Shown piece after piece: positions 22,658-34,785 of a stretch of 64,000 nucleotides of DNA; within the stretch, counting starts at the first letter, position 1, and the number at the start of each line of letters is the position of its first letter. Under the pieces are notes generated by a model. It saw only the letters and a program-made list of their open reading frames with translations. It had not been told where the DNA came from and ran no database searches. Position numbers and translations under genes: made by a program. This DNA comes from Callorhinchus milii (Eukaryota), in assembly GCF_018977255.1 (NCBI RefSeq), contig NW_024704742.1, forward strand, positions 37,884,001 through 37,948,000, read 5' to 3'.

Positions 22658-25329
22658 TTGTGTTTTGAGAGGCTGTTACAGCGCTAAAATGGTGAATCTA
22701 AGCGTGCACAGATTGGACCTGAAAGGTTCAACTTGATGCACGTCACTGAGCCAAAAAGAGTTTGTCTTCCTTTAGAGAGCTTCACAAATGTGACCTTAAA
22801 GCTCAGCTCTTTTCATCAAGTTGTACAAATTTACAACTTCTGGATATTGTCTACAGTTGGCTGCTGATGCCAAGGGCACGTCTTTTATTTGCTCAGTGAA
22901 AAAGGTTTCTTAAAAGGAAAGGGAAGGGGTGGGTGGGGGTGTGTGTGAGAAAAAGAGTCGACGTTACTTAAAAGAAAAGGTTGGGGGAGAAGAGGCTGCC
23001 ATCTAAATCGATATCAAGGTTTGTGTGTAAGAGGCAGTCTCATAGAAGCTGGGAAGTGAACATGCGGAATGTAGCTGAAGCTTTGGCTGGATTCCAGGAC
23101 AGGCAGAGGAATGCCAAAAACATATGCAGCTTAGTCAGCCTGGATTGTTTAAACTGCATAAGGACATCTTTTTAAAGATCTGTTCCAGACATCCTAGTCT
23201 GCCTGGTTTCCAGTTTAATTCCCTTTATTGAAAAATAATAGCAATAATAATGGTAATAAAAGAAAAGCTTTGCTTAATTGGCAGTTGTTCAGTATTGGAA
23301 ATCTAAAAGGAAGCAGTGCATTAACCCATTTGTCAGGCAACAGTAAAGGTTAAGACAGTTTGTCTTGTAGTTCAGATTTGTATTAATAGCTGTATTGTGG
23401 CTTCTTTGGCAAAAGTTTTACATTTTTAAGGTCCATCTTGGCACTGGGCAAACAGTGGAATAACATTTGTTATCACCGGGTAACTAGTAATTATATTAAA
23501 ACTTATTGGTCAGAGTAGAAGGTTGTGACAAAAACCTTGTAAATGTGATCTCAAGGCTCTTTTTGATGGCTTTCTAGGGAGTTTTGTGTCTTTGGATCAT
23601 TTTGTTTGCAGGATATTCTTTAAGAAATAATATACTTTTTAACATTCACAGTTACCTCCAGCCTTTATCTGGAATGGAACGGGTAAATGCAATGAGACAC
23701 ATGATTTAGTTTCTGACTCAAGTCATAATCACTGTTGTGTTCTTTGATTTCATTTTGATTTCAAATGTTTTGGGTGACTTTTGCATTTGCCAAAAATGAA
23801 TGAGTGTGAGTTCAGTGCTCAGGGAATTCAATACATACTCACAGGTTAGATATAGAGTGAGGTTTTCTGTACCACGTATATTGATACTATCTTTTTTACT
23901 TGTACGGAGATTACCTTTTAATGAAAAACAGATGACAGGCATGTCATGAGGGGAGTTCACACTCACTGATGTCAAAAAATCCAGTGCAATCTGTGTATTC
24001 ATATAATTCATATTAAAAAATAATTCTTATACAGTATGTAACTTATTGCTTCGCTGATGTGCTGTAAAGAGACTGACTACCCCATGAGGATCTGTAGAAT
24101 ATGAACCTCATCCATCTCAAGGCACTGACTATTCTTTGTTCATGAATTTGTCAAACTCAACAGAAGAAAATTAAGCTGTCAGTCAATATAATGTTCCAGA
24201 CACCTGAAGCTTTGAGCGTCTGTAATTTTTGTAACTGAAGATCAAAGTAAAATAAGAAAATAAAATAGTCCTTGCATTTGACATAGTGTCTTTCACTTCA
24301 GAAGGACATCTCAAAGCGCTTTATAGGACTTTACTGTAAGGTGTAGTTATTGTGAATGTGTTGGTACTGCAATGTCTAACAAACAAATATGAATTGAATG
24401 ATCAATTTTATCTTGGGGTCAGTCAGTTTCCGTAGAGAGGTTCAAATCTGTGGGTCAAAATTCACTTCACTCTACATTTGTATTTGTTAAACATGACCTG
24501 GGAGATTGATAATGGTACTTGATGCCAAAAGTATGACATAATGAGCATAATATATATATTTTTAAAATTTTCAGTAAATTGCTCGAGATTACCCTTTAAG
24601 ATGGTCACTGGCAACAATAATTTGGAAAATAAGATGCAAATGCTGTATTTCATCTGCTGATAATACAAGAACAACTCCTTGAATTTTTACAGTTCCCTTC
24701 ACATGGGTAACGTCTTGGCGTGCTTCATAGAATGCTGAGCAAGGGAGGGCAAAGGGGTCATCTGAGTCCAATAGCTCAGAGGATGTGTCTTTAATTTGTC
24801 TCTTGAGTGGACTAAGTATGACTTGAACACAATGCGGTGTGTGATTAATACTGGTGCGAAATATAAAATCCGGCTTCAGTAGTTATTTATCACACAGACT
24901 TTATCTAGTTTCTTACTAACTTCTGCTGCTGCTTTAGTAAATGTATTTTAATTGGATGAAAATATTACCTCATGTACATTCCTTCATGTAATTCCTTTGA
25001 AACCTGAGTACAATTCCTCCCTCCCCTCTCCCACATGACATTAGCCAAGAGGAATAATAATGGTGACGAGGACCATCTGTTTTTGTACTTTCCTTTTAGT
25101 CCAGTCAACAAAATATAGTTAATCCTTATCAGTAAAAATGTCTTGTACAACTCTTCCTGATTCAGGTTTTCCTCAAAGCATTAGCTTAGCCAATGTCCCT
25201 GCTCAGCCAGCCATCTCTCAAATTTGATGGTATGTATGGACTGTGAAGGGAAATTCTACAATTTCTAAGAAAAAGGCCTTTGTTTTCACCTGCATTGACT
25301 TTCTAAAATTCAGTTAATTCTCGAAGGTT

Positions 25330-25910
25330 TTTTGGTCAGCCGAGTGTCTGACACATCTACCCATCGCCATGCTTGAGAGTATCCAGACCAGACAGAGTTT
25401 CATATATGTATGCCATTTATACATAGAAATATTCCTGTGTCAGAATGGAATGCGCACTCTCACCTTGGAGGAACCCATCCTGCTTACCTAATTCCATAGA
25501 GTATTAGGCACAGGTTGGCAAGAAGCAAGTCTTGGGATCCACAGAGTGTGAGTTGTGGTACAGCTGGAATTTAACCAGATAAAACCGTTGAGAACAATGT
25601 CTGCCAAGCTTTCTGCTGCTTGTACAGTTAAGACTATCCTACCTTTTAGGGCTTTGGCTTGTAGCATTCACAGGGTTGCAGGAGCTAAGTGGGAAGAATC
25701 CTGGCCCCCCCAGTGACTGGTCTGCCCCTTCAAATCTTGCTCATAAGCCAGGTTAGCTGTCCATTATCAGCAGTGGCCTAGAGTCCTGCGGATCCCCTGG
25801 CTCAGAAACTTGATTATTGAGACCGCCAAAGTGGGTTGAGTCGATTCTAACATTGTGTTAACAAGCATGTCACCTTCAAGCCAGCTCAGCTCCAAAGGGA
25901 CCCTGCTCAT
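25330..25910 (-). mobile_element. Second copy of the unassigned element at 12347-13137 (3' UTR part, with A-tail)
   Basis: Collinear reverse similarity (ggtcagccgagtgtc..., gagtatccagaccag, gggctttggcttgtag, tcagctccaaagggaccc). Confidence 0.8.
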
Positions 25911-26624
25911 CCTTCTCTCTCCTCCTTCCCCTTCCCTGGAGAATAGTCCTAATCTAAATTCCTTCTTCTTGCTCCTTGCCCAATACTTTACCTTTTGTCT
26001 GTCACATCTTTGTTTCTCCCTGACTCTTAAATAACAGCTGCTCCACCCCCCAAACTCTCAAGAGTTCCAAACAGCCATGCTTCTTCCCCAAAATTGATAG
26101 TCAGAAACATCTTACCTTCTCTCTTCAATCAATATTTTATCATTCTTATTCTTCCATCATTATAAACCTTCAGTTTCTGCTGACTTCAAAATGGGTGGCC
26201 TGTACTTCCGCAATCAAAAGTGTTTAGAAAATATCTTTTAAAAATATGTTGTAAGGTAATTAGTCCACCCTAAGCCACTCAGAAAAACAAATTACGTATT
26301 TTGGTGTTGAGAAAAATATTGTCAGCAATTTCAGTGTTTATGGGATTTTCTTGGCATGTTTTCATTCACGGGCACATAGGAAAAGTGTGCAGCCAAAGAA
26401 AACCCATAGGAAGTGAGAAGGAATTTGCAGCAAAACTGCAGAGGAAAATTTGCTCAGCGTCCAGAAAATGCCTGTTTGTAATCTGAGAGAACTGGGATCA
26501 CATTTGGAACACTTTTTTTTAAGAGAAAGCATGCCTTCTGTTAACCTTCTTTTCCACATAAATCCCTGGATTTTCAGCTTGGGGGCTGTCCTATGATTTT
26601 GAGCTGGTCCACATCCAGTCCTAT

Positions 26625-26941
26625 GGAGTCCTGTAGCTCAGTGGTTAGAGCACTCGCTTTGCAAGTGAGAGACCCGAGTTCAATTCCAGGCAGGGCGAAA
26701 CCTTGGGCAAGTTTCCTTACTCCACACGCCTAATAATAATCCCTCCAAAAAACAAAAACAATAATTAAATTGGTCATTTTCAATCTACGACTGTTTGTGG
26801 GACATTGCTGTGCGCAATTGGCTGCCGCGTTCGCCCACAAATATACAGTCAATTCACTTTACAGTGTATTCTGTGAAGCGCTTTGGGACGTCCTCCTGAC
26901 GTGAAAAGCGCTATATCAAATGCAAGGATTATTATTATTAT
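26625..26941 (+). mobile_element. Young tRNA(Ala-like)-derived SINE, short form (family C)
   Basis: Intact A/B boxes, TGC at the anticodon position, CpGs retained, near-identical to the 40457 and 54020 copies. Confidence 0.95.
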
Positions 26942-27194
26942 CCCTGGAACTCCAGAGACTCAGTGACACCATGATATGAGTTCAGATCATGGGCAATCCT
27001 GGGAATTTGAGTGCCTGAGTCCAGTGCTTCCAACACAGCAACAAGAACTTGCATTTATACAGCAATCACAGAGCGCGCGATAGTGGCAGAGAATGACACT
27101 GAGCCAGGGGGAGGAGATAGGTGACCATAAACACGGTCGAAGAGGAAGGTCGTCAGTCGCGATCTCCTCTTTCTCCCCAGTTCAACGTCAAACT

Positions 27195-27325
27195 ACAACA
27201 CAACTTGCATTTATATAGCTCCCTTCATACAAATAGCGTCTCAGAGCACTTAAAACTACGCTATTGTTAAGTGTTCTGAGATGCTAACCCACATGAAGGG
27301 AGCTATAAAAATTCAAGTTGTTGTT
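27195..27325. repeat. Fold-back hairpin formed by two inverted L2 3' tails
   Basis: 27195-27253 is the reverse complement of 27267-27325 with scattered mismatches; both arms match the L2 tail at 61883-61951. Confidence 0.85.
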
Positions 27326-27507
27326 ATCTCCATACCACCCTCTGAATAGTACTGCAGTGTGAAACTCTTGAGATGCAGTCCGGCGTGGAGGGCGCTACAT
27401 AAATCCAAGTTGTTGTTGTGTGTCAAACAGACTGTGTTCGTAGGTTTACAAGTCAACTGATTCACATAAATACATCTTCTACAGCTTGGAAATAACATGA
27501 AATTTGT

Positions 27508-28058
27508 TTTGAGATTAAATCCAACCCAGATGAGGAGGATATTCTCCTTTCTGCCCCTTGGTAAAATGAAGGAAACTCCAGTTCTGAATGACTGCAAGGC
27601 CAAAATTCAAAACTACCCACAAAGATAGAATTAATTTACTAGCCTCACTTAACCACAGAGGTAGGACAGGAAATGGGAGTTCTGTATCACACTGCTGGTG
27701 CAGGGTGAATTCTCTTCTGAGAGATTGGGGTTGTGGCATGTTTCCAGGTCAGTGTAATAGAAAGTTTCTAGAATTGGAGAAAGTTTGCAGCACAGAAGGA
27801 GACCATTTGACCCATTGTGTCTGCTAGTGCGTGTTTCCCCATTAGAGCCATCTTCTCCAATCTCCTCCCCCTGCACTCTTTAATATTTTTTCCACAAGTA
27901 TCTAGTTAATTCCCTTTTAAATACTATTGTGCATTCAGCTTCAACAGGATTTTGAGGTAAAGCATTCCACATTTTAACCCTGATTTGAGATTAAATCCAA
28001 CCCAGATGAGGAGGATATTCTCCTTTCTGCCCCTTGGTAAAATGAAGGAAACTCCAGT
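27508..28058. repeat. Perfect 75-bp direct repeat (27508-27582, 27984-28058) enclosing a CR1 3' fragment
   Basis: Identical TTTGAGATTAAATCC...GGAAACTCCAGT; reverse CR1 tail at ~27765-27980. Confidence 0.9.
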
Positions 28059-30617
28059 GTGTTTGAGGCAGAAAACCTTTGATTTCCAAGCATTTATGTT
28101 TTGCTTTGAGGAGTTTGTACAAACATATTTTGAATGTGTATAACAGTGTATTTCTGGGCTTAAACAATTGCCCTAATTGGCATTCGTCTTCCATTTCAGT
28201 TTCTCCTTGTTGTTTCATGTGGAAATGTGGGCAGTGAAGCTAGTCTCTTGACATTCCCTTTTCAAGTGCTCAGAGATGCGTGAAGGGCACTATATAAATG
28301 CAAGTTGTTGTTGTTTTCAAAGTTCAACTGATGCATATTGATACCTTCTAAGAAACTTGTTTTGCTGCAGCTTGGTGTTTTTGAGATACAAAAAGAGTGG
28401 CAGACACTGACCTTTGCCATATTTGGCATTTAACTTAAAGAGACGCTTCAGTCATTCTATCAAGCCATCTTATCTGAATTATACGTCAGGATTGTCGTTC
28501 TGAATAGAGTACCTCCTGTATCTTGCTTAAAAAGCAATCATCAGCAAAAAAAATTTCCCCCACAAGAAACTTGCTTCATATTTAGCAGGCTGATATGAAT
28601 GAGATGACCTGGTATTTTTAGTGAAGAAGGAGAGGATGGAGGGAGAGGAGGAGGTTTTGCTCAGTTTCGCTGAGCTTTTTTTTGAGTGGTTACATGCTGC
28701 TAACTTTCAATGTAGAAGCAGAAGAGTGGAGAGTTATTTTTGTGGGATGAGGATCATGGTGAGGGGGTGGGGACATAATGTGAATGCAAGCTGTCTGTTT
28801 AAAATGGATAAGTTATCTGTGGGAGAGTAGAAACTTGGAGAACAATTGAAGTTTTTGCTAATCTTCCTAAATGAACATGTTGATGGGCCTTTATTTCCAC
28901 CTGGGACCGCTGCAAATTAGCAAAAATCTTTAATGATAACCCCCTTTAGAAGTTTTCTTTGAAGTGGAGTGATCTGATTTTATGTTTGATTTCTTCTGCA
29001 GTTATTTGTGAAAGGGGCTGAGTATATGTGGGGGAAGGGGGAAGGAAGGAAAAGGTTGCACTATATCTCTTTAAAGAAAATAGGTCAAACACGATTACAA
29101 TTTTCACCATCTGAACCGGTGCTGTCCTTCAGTCAAAGATCCAGGCAGTTTTTAGGACCGTAATTTGTCCTGTCATCATTCTTTGTTAAACTATACTTGT
29201 GCAATGTTTACTGTGATTCTCATGACACAAAAGGAAACAAATCGAGAGGGCTTGTTAATTTGAATTTGTATGAGTGCAGATGAGCACTTCTATGTAAATT
29301 GCGAACTGCATACCTCTCATTGTTACAGACCTCTGGGCTGCCATACCAAATCAGTGGGTTGTGTGCTGACAGGTCTTATTGTTATGTAACTGCTCCCTTT
29401 CTATTTTGGCTTCCACGGGGGGTATAAAATAAGTCAATTCCTTTATTTCAAACAATACAATGATGTGAATGTAGGAGGAGAAAAAGACAAATTGGACATT
29501 GAAGATCCTTTTGCTGTAATGCATTGGTTCTAAATTCCTTAACTCGTGTGATTATGGGCTCGACTGGAATGTCTTGATGCCTGTCAGTTAGCAATATGGT
29601 AGTTCTAAACTAACCCAAGCTTGTATTTCCGTGCACTTGTACACTGCAGAATTCATCTGAAATGCTATTATAGTAGAGTCCTCACTAACATTAACAATTT
29701 GACCACAAAATATACAGTCTTTCCACTTTATGGCATATATTTTCAAATTTTATCCACAAGATATATGGTTAATTCACTTTACAGTATATTCTGGGAAGTG
29801 CTTTGAGACGTCTCAATGACATGATAAGGCATTGTATCAAATGCAAGGAATATTATTATTATAACATTTAAGAGATTAAATGTTGTCTTTTCTCTCCCTC
29901 CCCTCTTGTGTCTTTTCTGAGGCTGTTGGAGTTATTTCATCCTGAGAAAAACTCCAGCTGCAACTTATGTTTGTTCAATAGTTCAATACTTTTAAATAAA
30001 GATCCAGTGTTTTGGTGTTTAAATATTGCTTATATCACATTTTATGTATCGTACCACCTACGTTGGTCATTCATTTCAATGGTTATTTGTGGGACTTTAC
30101 TGCTGTGTTTGTCCACAAATACATAGTCACTTCACTTGACTACAATTACCTGTGAAGTGTTTTGAGAAATTTTGGTGCAATAGGTACTGTCTAATGCAAT
30201 GATTATTATAAACACTGTAGGATAATTAAAAGGTAAATGCCATAGCAGACATTGCAGAGATTTAAGTGGCTAAAGACAGGTTACAGTTGAACAATTGAAA
30301 GGCCCTGTTAGGAAATAAAATGAATGGGTTGTACTCGTGTGAAGTACTAAGGGCATTTGATGAAAAATTCAAGTAAGAAGAGGACGCACCAACCTCACTA
30401 AAACAAGATACTTCACTCACAATTTCTTTGAGGAAGAAAAGAAACCACAGCCCATCTCAACTGTGGTGAACTATTCTTGCCTTCAACTGGGGCAAAAATC
30501 ATAGACATCGGCCAACAAAATGGAAAGAGCAAAAATCAAAGGAAGATTGAAAGCATTATCACTAAACCTATAGGGAAAATGCTGCTGTAAGTTGCAAAAC
30601 ATTTCTCTTCAATTTAT

Positions 30618-31056
30618 ATAATAATAATAACACTTGCATTTGATATAGCAGTTCATCACACCGTCGAGATGTCTCAATGTGCTTCTTCAGATATACTGTA
30701 AAGTTGATTGACTGTATTTTGTGGGCGAAACTCGGCACCCAGTTGTGCACATCAATGTTCCACAAATAGCCATGGAATGAGTGACCAATTTTATTTGGGG
30801 GATTGTTGGCCAGGACACCAGGAGAAACTCTTCTTTTTTCGAATAGTGCCATGGGATGTTTAACATCTACCTGGACAGGCAGAAGGGACCTTGGTTTAAC
30901 ATCTCATCTGAAGGACAACACCTCCAACAATCCAACACCCCCCCTCCCCCAGCACTGCATTGGAACGTTAGCTTAGAGTGTGTGAGTTCAAGTCTTGATT
31001 TGGGACTTTATCCTTCTGACTCAAAGGCGAGAGTACGATCACTGCACCAGGCTGAC
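30618..31056 (-). mobile_element. Deu-type SINE (family A), near full length
   Basis: Reverse tail, central domain (gaatagtgccatgggatgtttaac...) and head. Confidence 0.85.
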
Positions 31057-33139
31057 GTTTAGCTAGTAATGTCCATAACTGCTCCTCTTCAAATAGAAAA
31101 TCTGAAATGTGGATTTGGTCAGCATTTCTATACTCTGTACAGTAATGTTCCAGTCTAGAGCTGGATTCCTTTCCCATGCTCATTGGGGCAATGTACTCAT
31201 TCAGCTTCAGAAAATCTCCAGAAAGCAAGTGTCAGGTGTCATCATCCTTTTGGTTGCTTTCTTGTTGCACTGTATTTGTGGGAGGATTAGATTCTTGTTT
31301 ATTCCCTAAAGCTGAATTAAAGGGTGCATTTCCTTCGGTTAAATAAGTGAGCTCAGTTTTCTAACTGGAGGAGGAATAAGAATTAGTTAAGCAGTTATTA
31401 TAGTTATTATTATTGAAGAAATTGTTTCATAATTGAGTATCAAAATTTATTTTCAAATAGACTTAAATAAAATTGTTATTTGTTCAGTAAAATAAAATGG
31501 TACCATTGTCATCTATGTTGGCTCTCTGTGTGTTCATTTGGCTGGAATGGCGAAGGGGAATAAGATTAGATATACCTTCACCTCGTGTTTGGTGTTGGTC
31601 CAGCAGGTGGCAGGCTGATATAGGGTGAGATAAGCAGATGTCTGTCAGGTGCCTTTTCCACAGGTGAAGGTGTCTTCAGCTAAAGAGCAACTGAGACAAA
31701 TAAAACTGAAGCGGCTGATAAGGTTCACGTCTCGATCACTACCTTTCACAATACATTGATTCTCAGAATGATCCCCCCGTGTTCCTCCCAAGCTCTACCC
31801 AACACACGTTTTCCCCTGGTACAACTTAAAACTGAATTTATTGCCAGCTTACCCTTGCTCCTATGGAGAATATGCTTTGATAGCCCAAATGGCTTCCATT
31901 TATGTTGTAGTTTCTATTATTTTATGTAAGGCAAGTTAATATGTATGAAGGTTCACATCCGAAACCTGAATCTCGCTTTCTCATTCAGAAGCTGATCGAC
32001 CTGGTGTGCAATTACACCAGAATAAATGTGTGTTTAAAGTGTATATAGTTCAGTCTGATACTTCATGTATATGTGCACAATCAGAAAATTGTGCTTTGGG
32101 TATGAAAAGCTCCAGGTCCCTGGACAAGCTAATTGAAATAATAATTAACCTGTTCCTGTTGAATCCAACAGATCTAATACGTTGTGTTATCAGTTCACAA
32201 ATACGTGTGTTGCTCATTTAACATTGTTTACTCAAGTGAGTTTGGGAGTTCAGTTTGTTTTTTATGTTTATGTTGAAGTTTCGATAGTTTGCATGACATT
32301 CAAACTTTGAGCTATGGTACAGTTGGATCACAAAGTGGAAGTTGTTTGTCTTTTGGATCCAAATTTCTAGTCATGTGCATTGATAGAGCTTACGAGACTA
32401 TGTCAAGCTACAGCTGACTTGGAAATGATTGCTGCAGTCAGAGCCAAAGATGTTGCTTGAGGCCAATATCATGCCTGAGCAGAGAGTTTGACAGTTCTTA
32501 GAATAAGAGCCCTATACAAGGTTTTAGCTTGTATAGCAGAGTTACAGCAATTCTAGTACTGAATTTCCCTGTAATGAGTGGCACATGTTGTGTCTCAGCA
32601 TAAAGATTGTGTGTATGCTTGTTAGCATGTTATTAGATTTTCTTCAGTATGTTTTGGTTATATACATCTAGATCTCCCCTTCACTAGAGATTGGATACCC
32701 TAAAGATTTTCCATGCTTTTTGTCTGTTTCATAACTTGTCAAATCTAAAATTTTGTTCCAATCTACAATAGTTACAGAACTTAATTTGGACACAGTAGCT
32801 TTCGGAGAAATAATAGCAGTGGGGTCTACAGGAAAACAAAATAACTGAAGCACTAAATTAATATTTTCCAGGTCAGTTTATTAGTACTGACATCCGATCC
32901 CAATGCTGTCGTATATCCATTATCGTGGAAAATTTGGGAAACTACAGGAAAGAAATAGTTGATGCGTTGGTAGGGGTGGACCGATAGAGCCTTATGGCTG
33001 AATAAATTCCACGGGCCAAATGGTATATACTTTTTGTGTGTGTGTTTGTGTGAATAAATAAATATCATAAATGGCTATCATCATGAGAGTCCTCAACATC
33101 AACTCAGCAGTGTTTAGGGTTTGCTGAACAAGAAGGAAA

Positions 33140-33570
33140 GGGACTAATGCAATACCAGAATTTTAAAAGGGTGAGAAAAGTCACCCACAGTAAGCCTATT
33201 TACCTAACACTGCTAACATGTAAAGAATCCAATCTGAGCAATAAGATTGAGGAGCACCTGTATAGCAATAACTTGATAAGGCATAGTGGATTTGGAAGGT
33301 GAAGGTAATAACTAACAAACCTCCTTTTCTTCTTTGAGGATGTTACAGATTATGTAGATAGTGGCAGTCACTATGATGTAGTTTATTTGGACTTTCAGAA
33401 ATCTTTGACAAAGTTCCACATGAAAGATTTTTAATTAAACTAAAAGCCGCAGGAATTTGAGGTAGAACATAAGAGAGTGGTTAAAAACACAGAAATTGAG
33501 TGTATTCATGTGAGATGCAGTGTCAGACTGGAGAAGTGCTGAGTGGATTACCACACGGGAATCAGTGTTT
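33140..33570 (+). mobile_element. Decayed CR1 LINE RT fragment
   Basis: Frameshifted FKKG..., TNLL..FEDVTDYVDSG and DVVYLDFQK..DKVPH motifs. Confidence 0.75.
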
Positions 33571-33719
33571 GTTTCCAATCTACACAAATGACCTGGATAC
33601 TGAAACCAACTAGTAGGAAAAAACAAGAATTTACCAAAGTATTAAAAACAGTTGTGCAAACTGCCTGGGAAATGAAATGTTATAAATATAGTATCAAGTA
33701 TTACACCAGATTGGGAGGG

Positions 33720-33960
33720 AAAGTTTGCTGAGCAGAGGCGGCAAGCAGAGGAGAAGATTGATGAGATCTGGAGCCCCTAAGGCATGGACCGATTGATAAT
33801 TCACGGTGAGGACTTTGAAATTGAGCCATTGAGGTTTGGTGAGAATTGGGGTGATGGGTGTATGGAGTTTTTGCAGGTCAGGATGTGGGTGGCAGAATTT
33901 TGGATGAGTTGGAGCTGATGTTGGTGGAGCTAGGAAGACCCGTGAGGATTGCATTAGAAA
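33720..33960 (-). mobile_element. Decayed L2 fragment
   Basis: HTPITPILTKPQWLNFKVL...HALGAPDL in ORF 33694-33954. Confidence 0.65.
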
Positions 33961-34479
33961 AGAAACCTCAAACTTGGTTCAGTTTAAAGGTTTGTGAAGC
34001 AGATTGTTGTGCAAATCATCATAGTTTAATGTTCCTCAGCTGGAGCATGGCTGCTGAATCGATTTCAGGCTCTGCTCAGAAATAGTTTCTTAGATGTACA
34101 TTGGACACCCTTCCTCCAAAATATTTGTTTAAGGGATCATTTTCAATTTTTTTATTAAAGAGATGTTCTCATGATAGCTCTGGAATAGCACAAAAGGCAA
34201 ATGCTTGATATTTGGAGTTCTGCGCATGTGTGGAACTCTCCTTAGCCCATAGCCAATGTGATTAGGAGCTGGAAGTATAATTCAGGCGTTCTGTTCTTTA
34301 TCACTTCACTGCTCAAAACGATGCCACTTTACTTTCAGCAGTATAAACAGGGCATTCATCACTTTGCCAGAGAGAGAAAAAATATACTTATATTGGAAAG
34401 AGCAACAAGACTGATTGCACTTGTGAAGAAAGATTAGAGAAATGTAAGCATTGTGGGTTGAAAGTGGATAAGGAGGAGA

Positions 34480-34785
34480 TGGGAGAAACACACATTGAAG
34501 GATATAAAACACTTCATTTTTATAGAGAAAGTAAACTCTAACTTCTCCTTCAATGTAGAGGCAGAGGACATAAATGGAAATGAATGAAAAGTAAATTTAG
34601 ATATACAAGGTAAATTATTTACTCAGAGTGATAAATGTTTGGAATAATCTACCCAAGCAAAATAATAGAGGGAGAGCCATTGAGATTATTTAAAACTCAA
34701 TTAGCTGTCTTGATGGAGGATCTAATTTACTGTAGAGCTTGGTAGTCTGAGTGGCCTTTTTCTTATCTGACATTTCTTATCTTCA
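34480..34785 (+). mobile_element. Decayed CR1 LINE 3' end
   Basis: agaggacataaatggaaa...tttactcagagtgataaatgtttggaataatctacc...tggccttttt. Confidence 0.6.

Noticed and set aside
22700..23600. Repeat-poor intronic stretch that might be a conserved enhancer
   Set aside because: Cannot be supported without cross-species alignment or chromatin data.
26625..26700. tRNA-Ala(TGC) gene (also at 3624, 6719, 40700, 54260)
   Set aside because: The acceptor stem does not close properly, there is no Pol III terminator right after, and each copy continues into a SINE body; these are SINE heads.
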